DNA from: an uncultured Acidobacteriota bacterium
GTDB lineage: Bacteria; Acidobacteriota; Thermoanaerobaculia; UBA5066
Length of the DNA: 64,000 bases
Direction of reading: 5' to 3'
NCBI GenBank assembly: GCA_963779415.1
Contig: CAVZYA010000001.1
Span: 1,472,001 to 1,536,000, forward strand
The position numbers were made by a program, and so were the translations under genes. The notes below the pieces were generated by a model. That model did no database searches. It worked only from the letters and a program-made list of their open reading frames with translations, and was not told the DNA's origin. This document shows positions 19,312 through 28,056 of this stretch, piece after piece. The stretch's first letter is position 1. Each line of letters starts with the position of its first letter.

Positions 19312-20230
19312 GTGACAGCCGGCGAGAGCCTTTCCCGCGCTCCCGGAGTCCGGATCGGCATCCCGGTCCAGCGCCCGACGTCGTGGTGGCTCGACATCCT
19401 GAAGCGCCGGGCCGCGAAGATGTACGAGGAGAAGCTCGACCTCTCGAAGCCGGTCACGTTCTCGTCGGACGAAGAGCGGAAGGCCTGCATCGCCTTTTTC
19501 AACGCCGCGTACCGGGCGGAGGAGTCGGGCCTTGCCGGAGCGCACAAGCTGGCCGCCGAGGTGCGGGAGTGGGACCCGGAGCTGGCCGAGTGCCTCGTCC
19601 TCTACGGGAACGAGGAGGGGTGGCACCGCGAGCTTCTGGAGGAGTTCCTCCGACACATCGGCGGCGGCGTGACCCCGATGGGATGGATGGTCGGCTCCTT
19701 TTACAGGACGTACGGAAAGGCGGAGCGGATGGAGTCGATCATGCTCACGAACCTGATGTTCGAGACGATCGGCGCCACGACGTACCGCCTCTCCCTCCGG
19801 GACGTTTCACAGCCCCTCCCCCGGCAGGTGCTGAAGATCCTGACGCGCGACGAGTCGTTCCACATACCGCTCAACGTCCATTTCATCCGGGAAATCCTCA
19901 AGAGGCACCCGGAGCGCAGCCGGTTGCGCCTCAAGGCCATCTACCAGGTCGTCTTTCACTCGCTCGTCCTGATGTCGTACGGAAGCCGGAAGGTCGCCCG
20001 GGAGTTCGACCACGTCACACCGAGGGAGCTGACGACGGCCTACGTCGAGAACCTCGGGCGGCTCTTCGCCCACGAAGCCGACCTCGACTTCCGGCCGCCC
20101 GAGGCATCTCCTCCGCGCCTACGGCATCAGCGACGCGAAGCTGGCCGCAGACGACGGCCCGAGCGCCATCTCCGTGGAGGCCGCCGAAAACGCCGCCCGA
20201 CGGGAGAAAGTCGAGGTCACGGCGCTCTGA
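19312..20230 (+). CDS. Ferritin-like diiron protein; probable +1 frameshift near 20100 (unshifted frame ends at 20256)
   Basis: E...EEGWH and E...DESFH diiron ligand sets; shifted frame gives a GC3-rich tail RHLLRAYGIS...EVTAL* (TGA 20228-20230). Confidence 0.75.
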
Positions 20231-20314
20231 GCCGAGGGGCAAGCCGTACGGGATAAAGCAGTTGCACCATATCCGCCGCAGAGAGAAGAGCGGATAGTCT
20301 CGCGGCCTCGAAGG

Positions 20315-23305
20315 ATGGGGGGAATCTTGTATCAGATCGTCAAGCGCGAACAGTTCTCCGATGTGACCTTTCTCTGGGATGTTCACGCGCCGGACGTGGC
20401 GAACGCGGCGCGGCCGGGCCACTTCGTCATGGTCCGTCTTCGCGACGGGGGCGAGCGGATTCCCCTCACCATCGCCGACTACGACCGGGACTGGGGGACC
20501 GTGACCATCGTCGTCCAGGCTCTCGGCAAGACGACCCGGGAAATGATGCGGGACTTCAAGGAGGGCGACACCTTCTCCGACTTCGTCGGGCCGCTCGGCC
20601 TCGAGAGCCACATCGGGAAGGTGGGACACGTCGTCCTCGTCGGCGGCGGCCTCGGCGTGGCGCCGGTCTTCCCGCAGCTTCGCGCTTTCAAGGAGGCCGG
20701 CAACCGGACGACGGGGATCATCGGCTTCCGGTCGAAGGAGCTCGTCTTCTGGGAAGACCGGTTCCGGCGCTACTGCGACGACCTGATCGTCTGCACGGAC
20801 GACGGCTCGTACGGCAAGCCCGGCTTCGTGACCGTCGCGCTGAAGGAGCTGATCGAGAAGGAGAAGCCCGACCTCGTCGTCGCGATCGGGCCCCTCCCGA
20901 TGATGCGCGCCTGCTCCGAGGTGACCCGCCCCGCCGGCATCAGGACGATGGTCTCGCTGAACGCGATCATGGTGGACGGGACCGGGATGTGCGGCTCCTG
21001 CCGCGTCTCGATCGGTGGCGAGACGAAGTTCGCCTGCGTGGACGGGCCCGACTTCGACGGACACCTCGTCGACTTCCCCGAGCTTCAGAACCGGCAGGAG
21101 CGCTTCAAGTCGCAGGAGGCGGTGGCCTCGAAGGACTTCGAGAAGGTCTGCTCCATCGAGACGCAGCTCTTCGAGCTGAACAAGCGGAACTACAAGAAGT
21201 TCAAGCAGCTGGCGGAGCACGCCACGAAGATGCCGGAGCGAGACGCCGGAGAGCGTTCCCGCAACTTCGAAGAGGTGAACCTCGGCTACACGATGGCCGA
21301 CGCCCTCGTCGAGGCCGACCGGTGCATTCAGTGCACGGTGCCGACCTGCATCGCGGGCTGCCCCGTGGCCATCGACATCCCCCGCTTCATCCGCCACCTC
21401 CTCATCCGCGACCTCCCGGGCGCGCTCGCCGTCATCCAGGAGACCAACCTCTTTCCGTCCGTCTGCGGCCGCGTCTGCCCTCAAGAGACGCAGTGCGAGA
21501 TCCAGTGCGTCCTCGAGAAGAAGATGGAGCCGGTGGCCATCGGGCGCCTCGAGCGCTTCGTCGGCGATCACGCCCCGCTTCCCGAGATCCATCCCCCCGC
21601 AAACGCCGGCCAGCTCGGGCGAGTGGCCATCGTCGGCTCCGGCCCCGCCGGCCTCGCCTGCGCGGGGGACATCGCCCGCAAGGGAGCGGACGTCACGATC
21701 TACGAGGCGCTCCACGTCATCGGCGGCGTCCTGAACTACGGCATCCCGTCGTTCCGGCTGCCGCGGACGACGATCGAGCGCGAAGTGAGCGCCCTCAGGA
21801 AGCTCGGCGTGAAGATCGAGACGAACAAGGTCATCGGAAAGACCTTCACGATCCCGCAGCTTCTCGGTGAGATGAAGTACGACGCCGTCTTCATCGGGAC
21901 GGGCGCCGGCTTCCCCACCTTCCTCGGCATCCCCGGCGAGCAGGCGCGGCAGGTCTACAGCGCCAACGAGTTCCTCACCCGCGTCAACCTGATGGGAGGG
22001 GACCGTTTCCCCTTCGAGGACACGCCCGTGGCGATCGGGAAGAGAGTCGTCGTCCTCGGCGCCGGGAACACGGCGATGGACTGCCTCCGCGTCTCCCGGC
22101 GGCTCGGGGCGGAGGAGGTCCACTGCCTCTACCGCCGGACGGAGGCCGAGGCCCCCTGCCGAGTCGAGGAGCTGCGCCACGCCAAGGAGGAAGGGATCCA
22201 CTTCCACTGGCTGATGAGCCCCACGGAGATCCGGACCGACGACAAGGGGAACGTCCAGGCGATCGTCGTCCAGAAGATGGAGCTGGGCGAGCCGGACAAG
22301 TCGGGGCGGCGCCGTCCGGTCCCGATCAAGGACGCCTACGAGACCTTCGAGTGCGAGACGGTCATCTATGCGCTCGGGACACGCGCCAATCCCGTCATCT
22401 CGCGGACGACGCCGAACCTCTCGGTCCGCGGCGAGGGGTACATCAACGTCGACCCGAAGACCCAGGCGGCCTCGATCCCGGGCATCTTCGCCGGCGGCGA
22501 CATCGTCACCGGCGGCGCGACGGTCATCCTCGCGCTCGGCGCGGGGCGGCGGGCCGCCAAGGCAATCGAGAAGTACCTGAAGACGCGGGAGTGGCCGGTC
22601 GTTCTCGAGGAAGAGGCCGCACCGGCCCGCCGCGCGGCGCCGAAGGTCGTCGTCGAGGCGGCTTGCCCGAAGTGCCAGCGCCCGTTCGAGCCGGGAGACG
22701 ACGAGCACATCTGCTGCGCGGGCGAGACGATCGTCTGGACCTGCGAGAGCTGCCAGAAGGTCTCCGAAGGCTTCGCGTTCCCCTACGGGCTCTGCCCCGC
22801 CTGCGGCGGCAAGCTGACGCCGGGGCACGACACGAAGGTGGAGTCCGAGGCGGCCGTGATCGCGGTCCGGCAGGCCTTCGAGATCGAGCTGGGGGGCCTC
22901 TCCTTCTACGCGCGGGGCGCCGACGAGATGGAGGCGAAGGACCCGGACCTCGCAAGGCTCTTCCGCGACCTCTCGGAGATGGAGCGGGGGCACATGGACA
23001 CCCTTTCGCGCCGCTACCACATCGCGGTGCCCGAGGGAGCCGTCACGAAGAATCTCTCACCGGCCCAGGTGGCCGTCTTCGCCGGAGCCGAGATGAAGGA
23101 CCTGTCCGGGGCCGCGCTGCTCCGTCTCGCCGTCCATCTCGAGAAGCGGGCGCGGAGCTTCTTCCTCGAGGCCGGCGGGCAGTTCCCGGCCGGCTCTCCC
23201 GAGTGGAAGCTCTACCGCGAGCTGGAGGCCGAGGAGCGCGAGCACGTCGACCTCCTCACCACCGCCCTCGCCCGCCATCTCGCCGAGAAACCGATGGTCG
23301 TGTAG
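20315..23305 (+). CDS. Fused NfnA-NfnB (SudB/GltD-like electron-bifurcating transhydrogenase) with C-terminal Cys-rich and rubrerythrin-like domains
   Basis: ERIPLTIAD, GPLG, GGGLG, MVDGTGMCGSCRV, FACVDGP (NfnA); EADRCIQC, GCPV, CGRVCPQETQC, GSGPAG, GAGNTAMD, GGDIVTGGATVI (NfnB); CPKC/CESC/CPAC; EMERGH, EEREH. Confidence 0.88.
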   Translation: MGGILYQIVKREQFSDVTFLWDVHAPDVANAARPGHFVMVRLRDGGERIPLTIADYDRDWGTVTIVVQALGKTTREMMRDFKEGDTFSDFVGPLGLESHIGKVGHVVLVGGGLGVAPVFPQLRAFKEAGNRTTGIIGFRSKELVFWEDRFRRYCDDLIVCTDDGSYGKPGFVTVALKELIEKEKPDLVVAIGPLPMMRACSEVTRPAGIRTMVSLNAIMVDGTGMCGSCRVSIGGETKFACVDGPDFDGHLVDFPELQNRQERFKSQEAVASKDFEKVCSIETQLFELNKRNYKKFKQLAEHATKMPERDAGERSRNFEEVNLGYTMADALVEADRCIQCTVPTCIAGCPVAIDIPRFIRHLLIRDLPGALAVIQETNLFPSVCGRVCPQETQCEIQCVLEKKMEPVAIGRLERFVGDHAPLPEIHPPANAGQLGRVAIVGSGPAGLACAGDIARKGADVTIYEALHVIGGVLNYGIPSFRLPRTTIEREVSALRKLGVKIETNKVIGKTFTIPQLLGEMKYDAVFIGTGAGFPTFLGIPGEQARQVYSANEFLTRVNLMGGDRFPFEDTPVAIGKRVVVLGAGNTAMDCLRVSRRLGAEEVHCLYRRTEAEAPCRVEELRHAKEEGIHFHWLMSPTEIRTDDKGNVQAIVVQKMELGEPDKSGRRRPVPIKDAYETFECETVIYALGTRANPVISRTTPNLSVRGEGYINVDPKTQAASIPGIFAGGDIVTGGATVILALGAGRRAAKAIEKYLKTREWPVVLEEEAAPARRAAPKVVVEAACPKCQRPFEPGDDEHICCAGETIVWTCESCQKVSEGFAFPYGLCPACGGKLTPGHDTKVESEAAVIAVRQAFEIELGGLSFYARGADEMEAKDPDLARLFRDLSEMERGHMDTLSRRYHIAVPEGAVTKNLSPAQVAVFAGAEMKDLSGAALLRLAVHLEKRARSFFLEAGGQFPAGSPEWKLYRELEAEEREHVDLLTTALARHLAEKPMVV

Positions 23306-23331
23306 TCCCAAGGACGCTTCCGGGGCGTAGT

Positions 23332-23364
23332 TTGACTTCCCCGAGACATGGACTAAGCTTAGTC
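23332..23364 (+). promoter_or_regulatory. Sigma70 promoter and palindromic operator of the toxin-antitoxin operon
   Basis: TTGACT (23332-23337)-16 nt-TAAGCT (23354-23359); perfect 14-bp palindrome GACTAAGCTTAGTC (23351-23364) covers the -10. Confidence 0.65.
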
Positions 23365-23383
23365 TAGTCTGATGAGAGTCCGT

Positions 23384-23638
23384 ATGCGCATGGTCAACAT
23401 CCACGAAGCCAAGACCCACCTCTCCCGGCTCGTCGAGGACGCGGCGGGGGGCGACGAGATCGTCATTGCGAAGGCGGGGCGCCCGGTCGCGCGGCTCGTC
23501 CCCGTCAAGCCGGGCGGAAAGAGCCGGAAGCTCGGCTTCCTCGCGGGGAAGCTCAAAGTGCCGGAAGCGCTCGACGCCCCGCTGCCCGAGGACGTCCTAG
23601 AGGAGTTCGAGGGGGGCGGCATTGCGCCTTCTCGTTGA
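23384..23638 (+). CDS. Phd/YefM family antitoxin
   Basis: VNIHEAKTHLSRLV...GDEIVIAKAGRPVARLVP. Confidence 0.93.
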   Translation: MRMVNIHEAKTHLSRLVEDAAGGDEIVIAKAGRPVARLVPVKPGGKSRKLGFLAGKLKVPEALDAPLPEDVLEEFEGGGIAPSR

Positions 23639-24011
23639 TACGCACGTCCTCCTCTGGGCGGCGGCCGAGCCGGAGCGGCTCCCCCCTACCGTGCGCCGCC
23701 GACTCGAATCGCTCGAGAACGAGGTCCTCTTCTCGGCGGCGAGCATCTGGGAGCTGGCGATCAAGCTCCAGATCGGTCGGATCACGCTCGGGGTCGAGCC
23801 CGAGGAACTTGCCGAGGTAGCCGTCCGCCGGGGATTCGCCGAGCTTCCGGTGACCTCCGCTCACGCCGCCGCCGTCCGGCGCCTCCCCCTCCACCACCGG
23901 GACCCATTCGACCGTCTTCTCGTCGCTCAGGCCCAGCACGAGCCCGCCCGGCTCCTGACCGCGGACCGCGCCCTGGCACGGTACGGCGCGTTCGTCGAGG
24001 TCATCGCATGA
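23622..24011 (+). CDS. vapC: VapC family PIN-domain toxin
   Basis: LLVDTHVLLW, SAASIWE, HRDPFDRLLVAQA, LTAD; overlaps the antitoxin. Confidence 0.93.
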   Translation: MRLLVDTHVLLWAAAEPERLPPTVRRRLESLENEVLFSAASIWELAIKLQIGRITLGVEPEELAEVAVRRGFAELPVTSAHAAAVRRLPLHHRDPFDRLLVAQAQHEPARLLTADRALARYGAFVEVIA

Positions 24012-25384
24012 AGCCCTTCCGGACGATCATCGAGCCGTTCCGGATCAAGTCGGTGGAGCCTCTGCGCTTCACCCACCGGGACGAGCGGGAGGCGGCGCTG
24101 CGCGAGGCGGGCTGGAACGTCTTCTGCCTTCACGCGGACGACGTCCTGATCGATCTCCTGACAGACTCGGGAACCGGCGCCATGTCGTCGGCCCAGTGGG
24201 GGGCCCTGATTCAGGGGGACGAGTCGTACGCGGGAAGCCGGTCGTTCTACCGCTTTCGCGACGTGGTCAAGGACCTGACAGGCTACGAGCACATCATCCC
24301 GACGCACCAGGGACGGGCGGCCGAGCGGATCCTCTTCCACACGATCCTGAAGCCCGGAGAGGTCGTCCCGAACAACAACCACTTCGACACGACGCGCGCC
24401 AACATCGAGGTGGAAAAAGCCGAGGCGCGCGACCTCGTCATCCCCGAGGGGAAGGTCCCGTCGGCGCTCCATCCCTTCAAGGGGAACATGGACCTCGCCG
24501 TCCTGGAAAGGACGCTGGCCGAGGAGGGAGAGCGCATCCCCCTCGTCATGGTCACCGTCACGAACAACTCGGGGGGCGGGCAGCCGGTCTCGATGGAGAA
24601 CCTGCGCGGCGTCCGTGCGCTCTGCGATCGGTACAAAAAGCCCTTCTTCCTCGACGCCTGCCGCTTCGCCGAGAATTCGTATTTCATCAAGCTCCGCGAA
24701 CCGGGTTACGCCGGGAAGAGCCCGAAGTCGATCGCGAAGGAGATGTTCTCCCTGGCCGACGGCTGCACGATGTCGGCCAAGAAGGACGGTCTCGCGAACA
24801 TCGGCGGTTTCCTCGCGATGAACGACGACCGGTGGGCCGAGAGCTGCCGGAACCTACTGATCCTGACCGAGGGCTTCCCGACGTACGGCGGCCTCGCTGG
24901 ATACGACCTCGAGGCGATCGCGCGCGGGCTCGAGGAGGTCGTCGAGGAGCCGTATCTCCGGTACCGCCTCCGCTCGACGGCCTACCTCGCCGAGAAGATC
25001 GACGCGGCGGGGGTCCCGACGATCAAGCCGGCCGGGGGCCACGCCGTCTACCTCGACGCGCGGGCTCTCCTCCCGCAGATCCCGCCACTCCACTATCCCG
25101 GCATCGCCCTCACGAACGCGCTCTACGTAGAAGGGGGGATCCGCGGCGTCGAGATCGGGACGGTGATGTTCGGCCTTCACCCCGACGGGAACGAGACGCC
25201 GGCCGCGATGGACCTCGTCCGGCTCGCCATTCCCCGCCGCGTCTACACGCAGTCGCACATCGACTACGTGGCGGAGGTGGTCCTCATGGTCGCCGCGAAG
25301 AAGGAGACCCTCCGCGGCTACCGGATCGCCTCGGCTCCGAAGGTCCTCCGCCACTTCACGGCGACCTTCGAGCCGCTCGGCTGA
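24008..25384 (+). CDS. tnaA: Tryptophanase (beta-eliminating lyase)
   Basis: DLLTDSG, GDESYAG, HQGR, SAKKD (PLP Lys). HFDTT, VEIG and LRHF match tryptophanase rather than tyrosine phenol-lyase (FTTT, MERG, LRFF). Confidence 0.85.
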   Translation: MKPFRTIIEPFRIKSVEPLRFTHRDEREAALREAGWNVFCLHADDVLIDLLTDSGTGAMSSAQWGALIQGDESYAGSRSFYRFRDVVKDLTGYEHIIPTHQGRAAERILFHTILKPGEVVPNNNHFDTTRANIEVEKAEARDLVIPEGKVPSALHPFKGNMDLAVLERTLAEEGERIPLVMVTVTNNSGGGQPVSMENLRGVRALCDRYKKPFFLDACRFAENSYFIKLREPGYAGKSPKSIAKEMFSLADGCTMSAKKDGLANIGGFLAMNDDRWAESCRNLLILTEGFPTYGGLAGYDLEAIARGLEEVVEEPYLRYRLRSTAYLAEKIDAAGVPTIKPAGGHAVYLDARALLPQIPPLHYPGIALTNALYVEGGIRGVEIGTVMFGLHPDGNETPAAMDLVRLAIPRRVYTQSHIDYVAEVVLMVAAKKETLRGYRIASAPKVLRHFTATFEPLG

Positions 25385-25441
25385 GACGCCGTCTCCCGCC
25401 GCTTTTCTCCTTGCGGCAGAATAGGCGGGGAGGAGTTCGCA

Positions 25442-26119
25442 ATGGGTGAGAAGGTCTCGTTCGCGTCCAACGGCCATACGTGCGAGGGGTACCTCGCGAA
25501 GCCCGCCCTCGGGAAGGGGCCGGGGGTCGTCGTGATCCAGGAGTGGTGGGGGCTTGTGCCCCACATCATGGACATCTGCGACCGGTTCGCGAAGGAGGGC
25601 TTCGTCGCCATCGCCCCCGATCTCTACCACGGACAGACGACGACGGCGCCCGACGAGGCCGGACGCCTCCTGATGGAGCTGGACGTGGAACGCGCCAGCG
25701 CTGAGATCGCCGGCGCCGGGGCCTTCGTCCTCTCCCGGCCGGAGTGCTCCTCGAAAAGCTTCGGCGTGGTCGGCTTCTGCATGGGCGGGGCTCTCGCGCA
25801 GTACGCGGCGACGACGAACGACAAGGTCGGCGCGGCGGTCAGCTTCTACGGCGGCTTCAGGAAGGTGCCGATCCGCCTCGAGAACCTGAAGGCCCCGGCC
25901 CTGCTCATCTACGGAGAGCGGGACGAGAGCGTCCCGGCCGCGGACGCCGCTCCGCTCGAGAAGAAACTCCGGGAGATGGGGAAGCAGGTGGAGACCGTGA
26001 TCTACCGGGGCGCCCCGCACGCCTTCTTCAACGACTCGCGGCCGCAGGTCTACCGCGAGGAGTGCGCCCGGGACGCCTGGAACCGGACTGTCGACCTCTT
26101 CAAGAAGCACGTCCGGTGA
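25442..26119 (+). CDS. Dienelactone hydrolase family protein
   Basis: QEWWGL, APDLY, GFCMGG, HAFFND. Confidence 0.93.
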   Translation: MGEKVSFASNGHTCEGYLAKPALGKGPGVVVIQEWWGLVPHIMDICDRFAKEGFVAIAPDLYHGQTTTAPDEAGRLLMELDVERASAEIAGAGAFVLSRPECSSKSFGVVGFCMGGALAQYAATTNDKVGAAVSFYGGFRKVPIRLENLKAPALLIYGERDESVPAADAAPLEKKLREMGKQVETVIYRGAPHAFFNDSRPQVYREECARDAWNRTVDLFKKHVR

Positions 26120-28053
26120 CCGTCCACCGGACCGTCTGCAACCGCGACTGCCCGGACGCCTGCGGGCTCCTCGTCACCGTCGAGGAGGGGAAGGTCGTCC
26201 GGGTGGGAGGGGATCCGGAGCATCCGGTGACGCAGGGATTCCTCTGCTCCCGGACCTCGCAGTTCCCCGCGCGGCAGAATTCCCCGGACCGCATCACGAC
26301 GCCGCTCCGGAAGACCGCCTCCGGATTCGTCCCGGTATCCTGGGAAGAGGCTCTCGGCACGATCGCGGAGCGGCTTCTCGCGATCCGCGCCGAGTCGGGG
26401 CCGGCGGCGATCCTCCATTACCGGTCGGGCGGATCGCTCGGCGTCCTGAAGTACGTCGTCGACCTCTTCTGGGAGTCGTTCGGCCCGGTCACGGTGAAGC
26501 GCGGCGACATCTGCTCGGGAGCGGGCGACGCGGCACAGGAGACCGACTTCGGCCACGAGGATTCGCACGACCTCTTCGACCTTCTGAACTCGAAGAACAT
26601 CCTCCTCTGGGGGAAGAACCCGAACGTCTCGAACGTTCACCTCCTCCCCCTGCTTCAGAAAGCGAAGAGAGCGGGGGCACGGATCCTCCTCGTCGATCCC
26701 GTCCGGCACAAGGGGGAGAAGCTCGCGGACCGGACGATCCTCGTCCGCCCCGGCGGCGACTTCGACCTGGCGATGGGGGCCGCCGCGCTTCTCTTCGAAC
26801 GCAGCGAGACCGACCCGGACGCGCCGTCGTACTGCGACGGCTTCGGGGCGTTCCGGACGCTGGCCCTGTCGCGCTCCCCCGTGGCGTGGGCGCAGGCCGC
26901 CGACGTGAGCCTCGACGACGTCGGCGCGGTCGCCTCCGCGCTCGCCCGGAAGCCGTGCTCGATCCAGGTCGGCTGGGGGATGGGCCGACGAACCAACGGC
27001 TCCGCCATCGTCCGCGCCCTCGATGCGCTCGCCGGCGTGAGCGGCAACATCGGGATTGCCGGCGGCGGCGTCTCCTTCTATTTCAGGAGGCGCGGCGCCT
27101 TCGACACCTCCTTTCTCGCGAAGAAGCCGCCGCGGACCCTCTGCGAGCCGCTCCTCGGAGAGGAGATCCTTCGGGCGCGCGATCCCGTCGTCCGTGCCGT
27201 CTGGGTCACGGCGGGAAACCCGGTCGCCATGCTTCCCGACTCGGCGGCCGTCGCGCGCGCTCTCGAGTCGCGCGAGATGGTCGTCGTCGTCGACGCGTTC
27301 CTGACCGACACGGCGCACCGCGCGCATTTCGTCCTTCCGACGACGACGCTCGTGGAGGACGACGACCTCCTCGGGGCCTACGGACACCACTGGCTCGGCG
27401 TCTCCACCCCCGCCATCGCACCTCCCGAAAGCGTCCGATCCGACCTCGAGATCGTCCAAGCACTCGCAAAGGCCATCGACGAGAGAACGGGAATGAGCGA
27501 CCGGGAGATTTCTTCGAAAGTAAGAGGGACCGCACGGGAATGGAAGGAAAGGATGCTTTCCCGGGTCGTGCCGCACGGCATCACGCTGTCGATGCTCGAG
27601 CGCTCCTCCGTCCGCAACCCTTTCGCAGAAAAGGTCCTCTTCGCAGACCGTCGGTTCCCGACCGGTACCGGTCGGATGAGGCTGGTGAGTTCGCTGCCGC
27701 CTTCGCCTCCCGAAGAGCCGGGCTTCCCGCTCTGGCTCTTCTCGAACTCGACCGAGAAATCGCAAAGTTCCCAGTGGGCCGGGCCACCGCCGGAGATGCT
27801 GACCGCCACCTGCCATCCCGACGCGGCGAACGGATTCGCCGAGGGCGGGGTCGTCTTCCTCGAAAGCGCGCTGGGACGCCTCCGCGCGAGGCTGAAGCTC
27901 GATCCGTCCCAGCGCCGAGACGTCGTCATCGTCCCGAAGGGGGGACACTTCGACTCGGGCACTTCGGCCAACGCCCTCATTCGCGCCCGGACGACAGACG
28001 CCGGCGAAGGCGCTGCTTACCAGGACTGCCGCGTCCGGATCGTCGGAGCCTGA
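26116..28053 (+). CDS. Molybdopterin-dependent oxidoreductase (DMSO reductase superfamily)
   Basis: GTG 26116 overlaps the upstream TGA; CNRDCPDAC...GFLC 4Fe-4S motif, WGKNP, AGNP, DAFLTDTA. Confidence 0.9.
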   Translation: MTVHRTVCNRDCPDACGLLVTVEEGKVVRVGGDPEHPVTQGFLCSRTSQFPARQNSPDRITTPLRKTASGFVPVSWEEALGTIAERLLAIRAESGPAAILHYRSGGSLGVLKYVVDLFWESFGPVTVKRGDICSGAGDAAQETDFGHEDSHDLFDLLNSKNILLWGKNPNVSNVHLLPLLQKAKRAGARILLVDPVRHKGEKLADRTILVRPGGDFDLAMGAAALLFERSETDPDAPSYCDGFGAFRTLALSRSPVAWAQAADVSLDDVGAVASALARKPCSIQVGWGMGRRTNGSAIVRALDALAGVSGNIGIAGGGVSFYFRRRGAFDTSFLAKKPPRTLCEPLLGEEILRARDPVVRAVWVTAGNPVAMLPDSAAVARALESREMVVVVDAFLTDTAHRAHFVLPTTTLVEDDDLLGAYGHHWLGVSTPAIAPPESVRSDLEIVQALAKAIDERTGMSDREISSKVRGTAREWKERMLSRVVPHGITLSMLERSSVRNPFAEKVLFADRRFPTGTGRMRLVSSLPPSPPEEPGFPLWLFSNSTEKSQSSQWAGPPPEMLTATCHPDAANGFAEGGVVFLESALGRLRARLKLDPSQRRDVVIVPKGGHFDSGTSANALIRARTTDAGEGAAYQDCRVRIVGA

Positions 28054-28056
28054 GGG

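Noticed and set aside
24008-25384. Tyrosine phenol-lyase assignment
   Set aside because: Specificity positions (FDTT, VEIG, LRHF) match tryptophanase.
26116-28053. Possible selenocysteine in the molybdoenzyme
   Set aside because: The frame has no internal TGA; the candidate ligand position is Cys.
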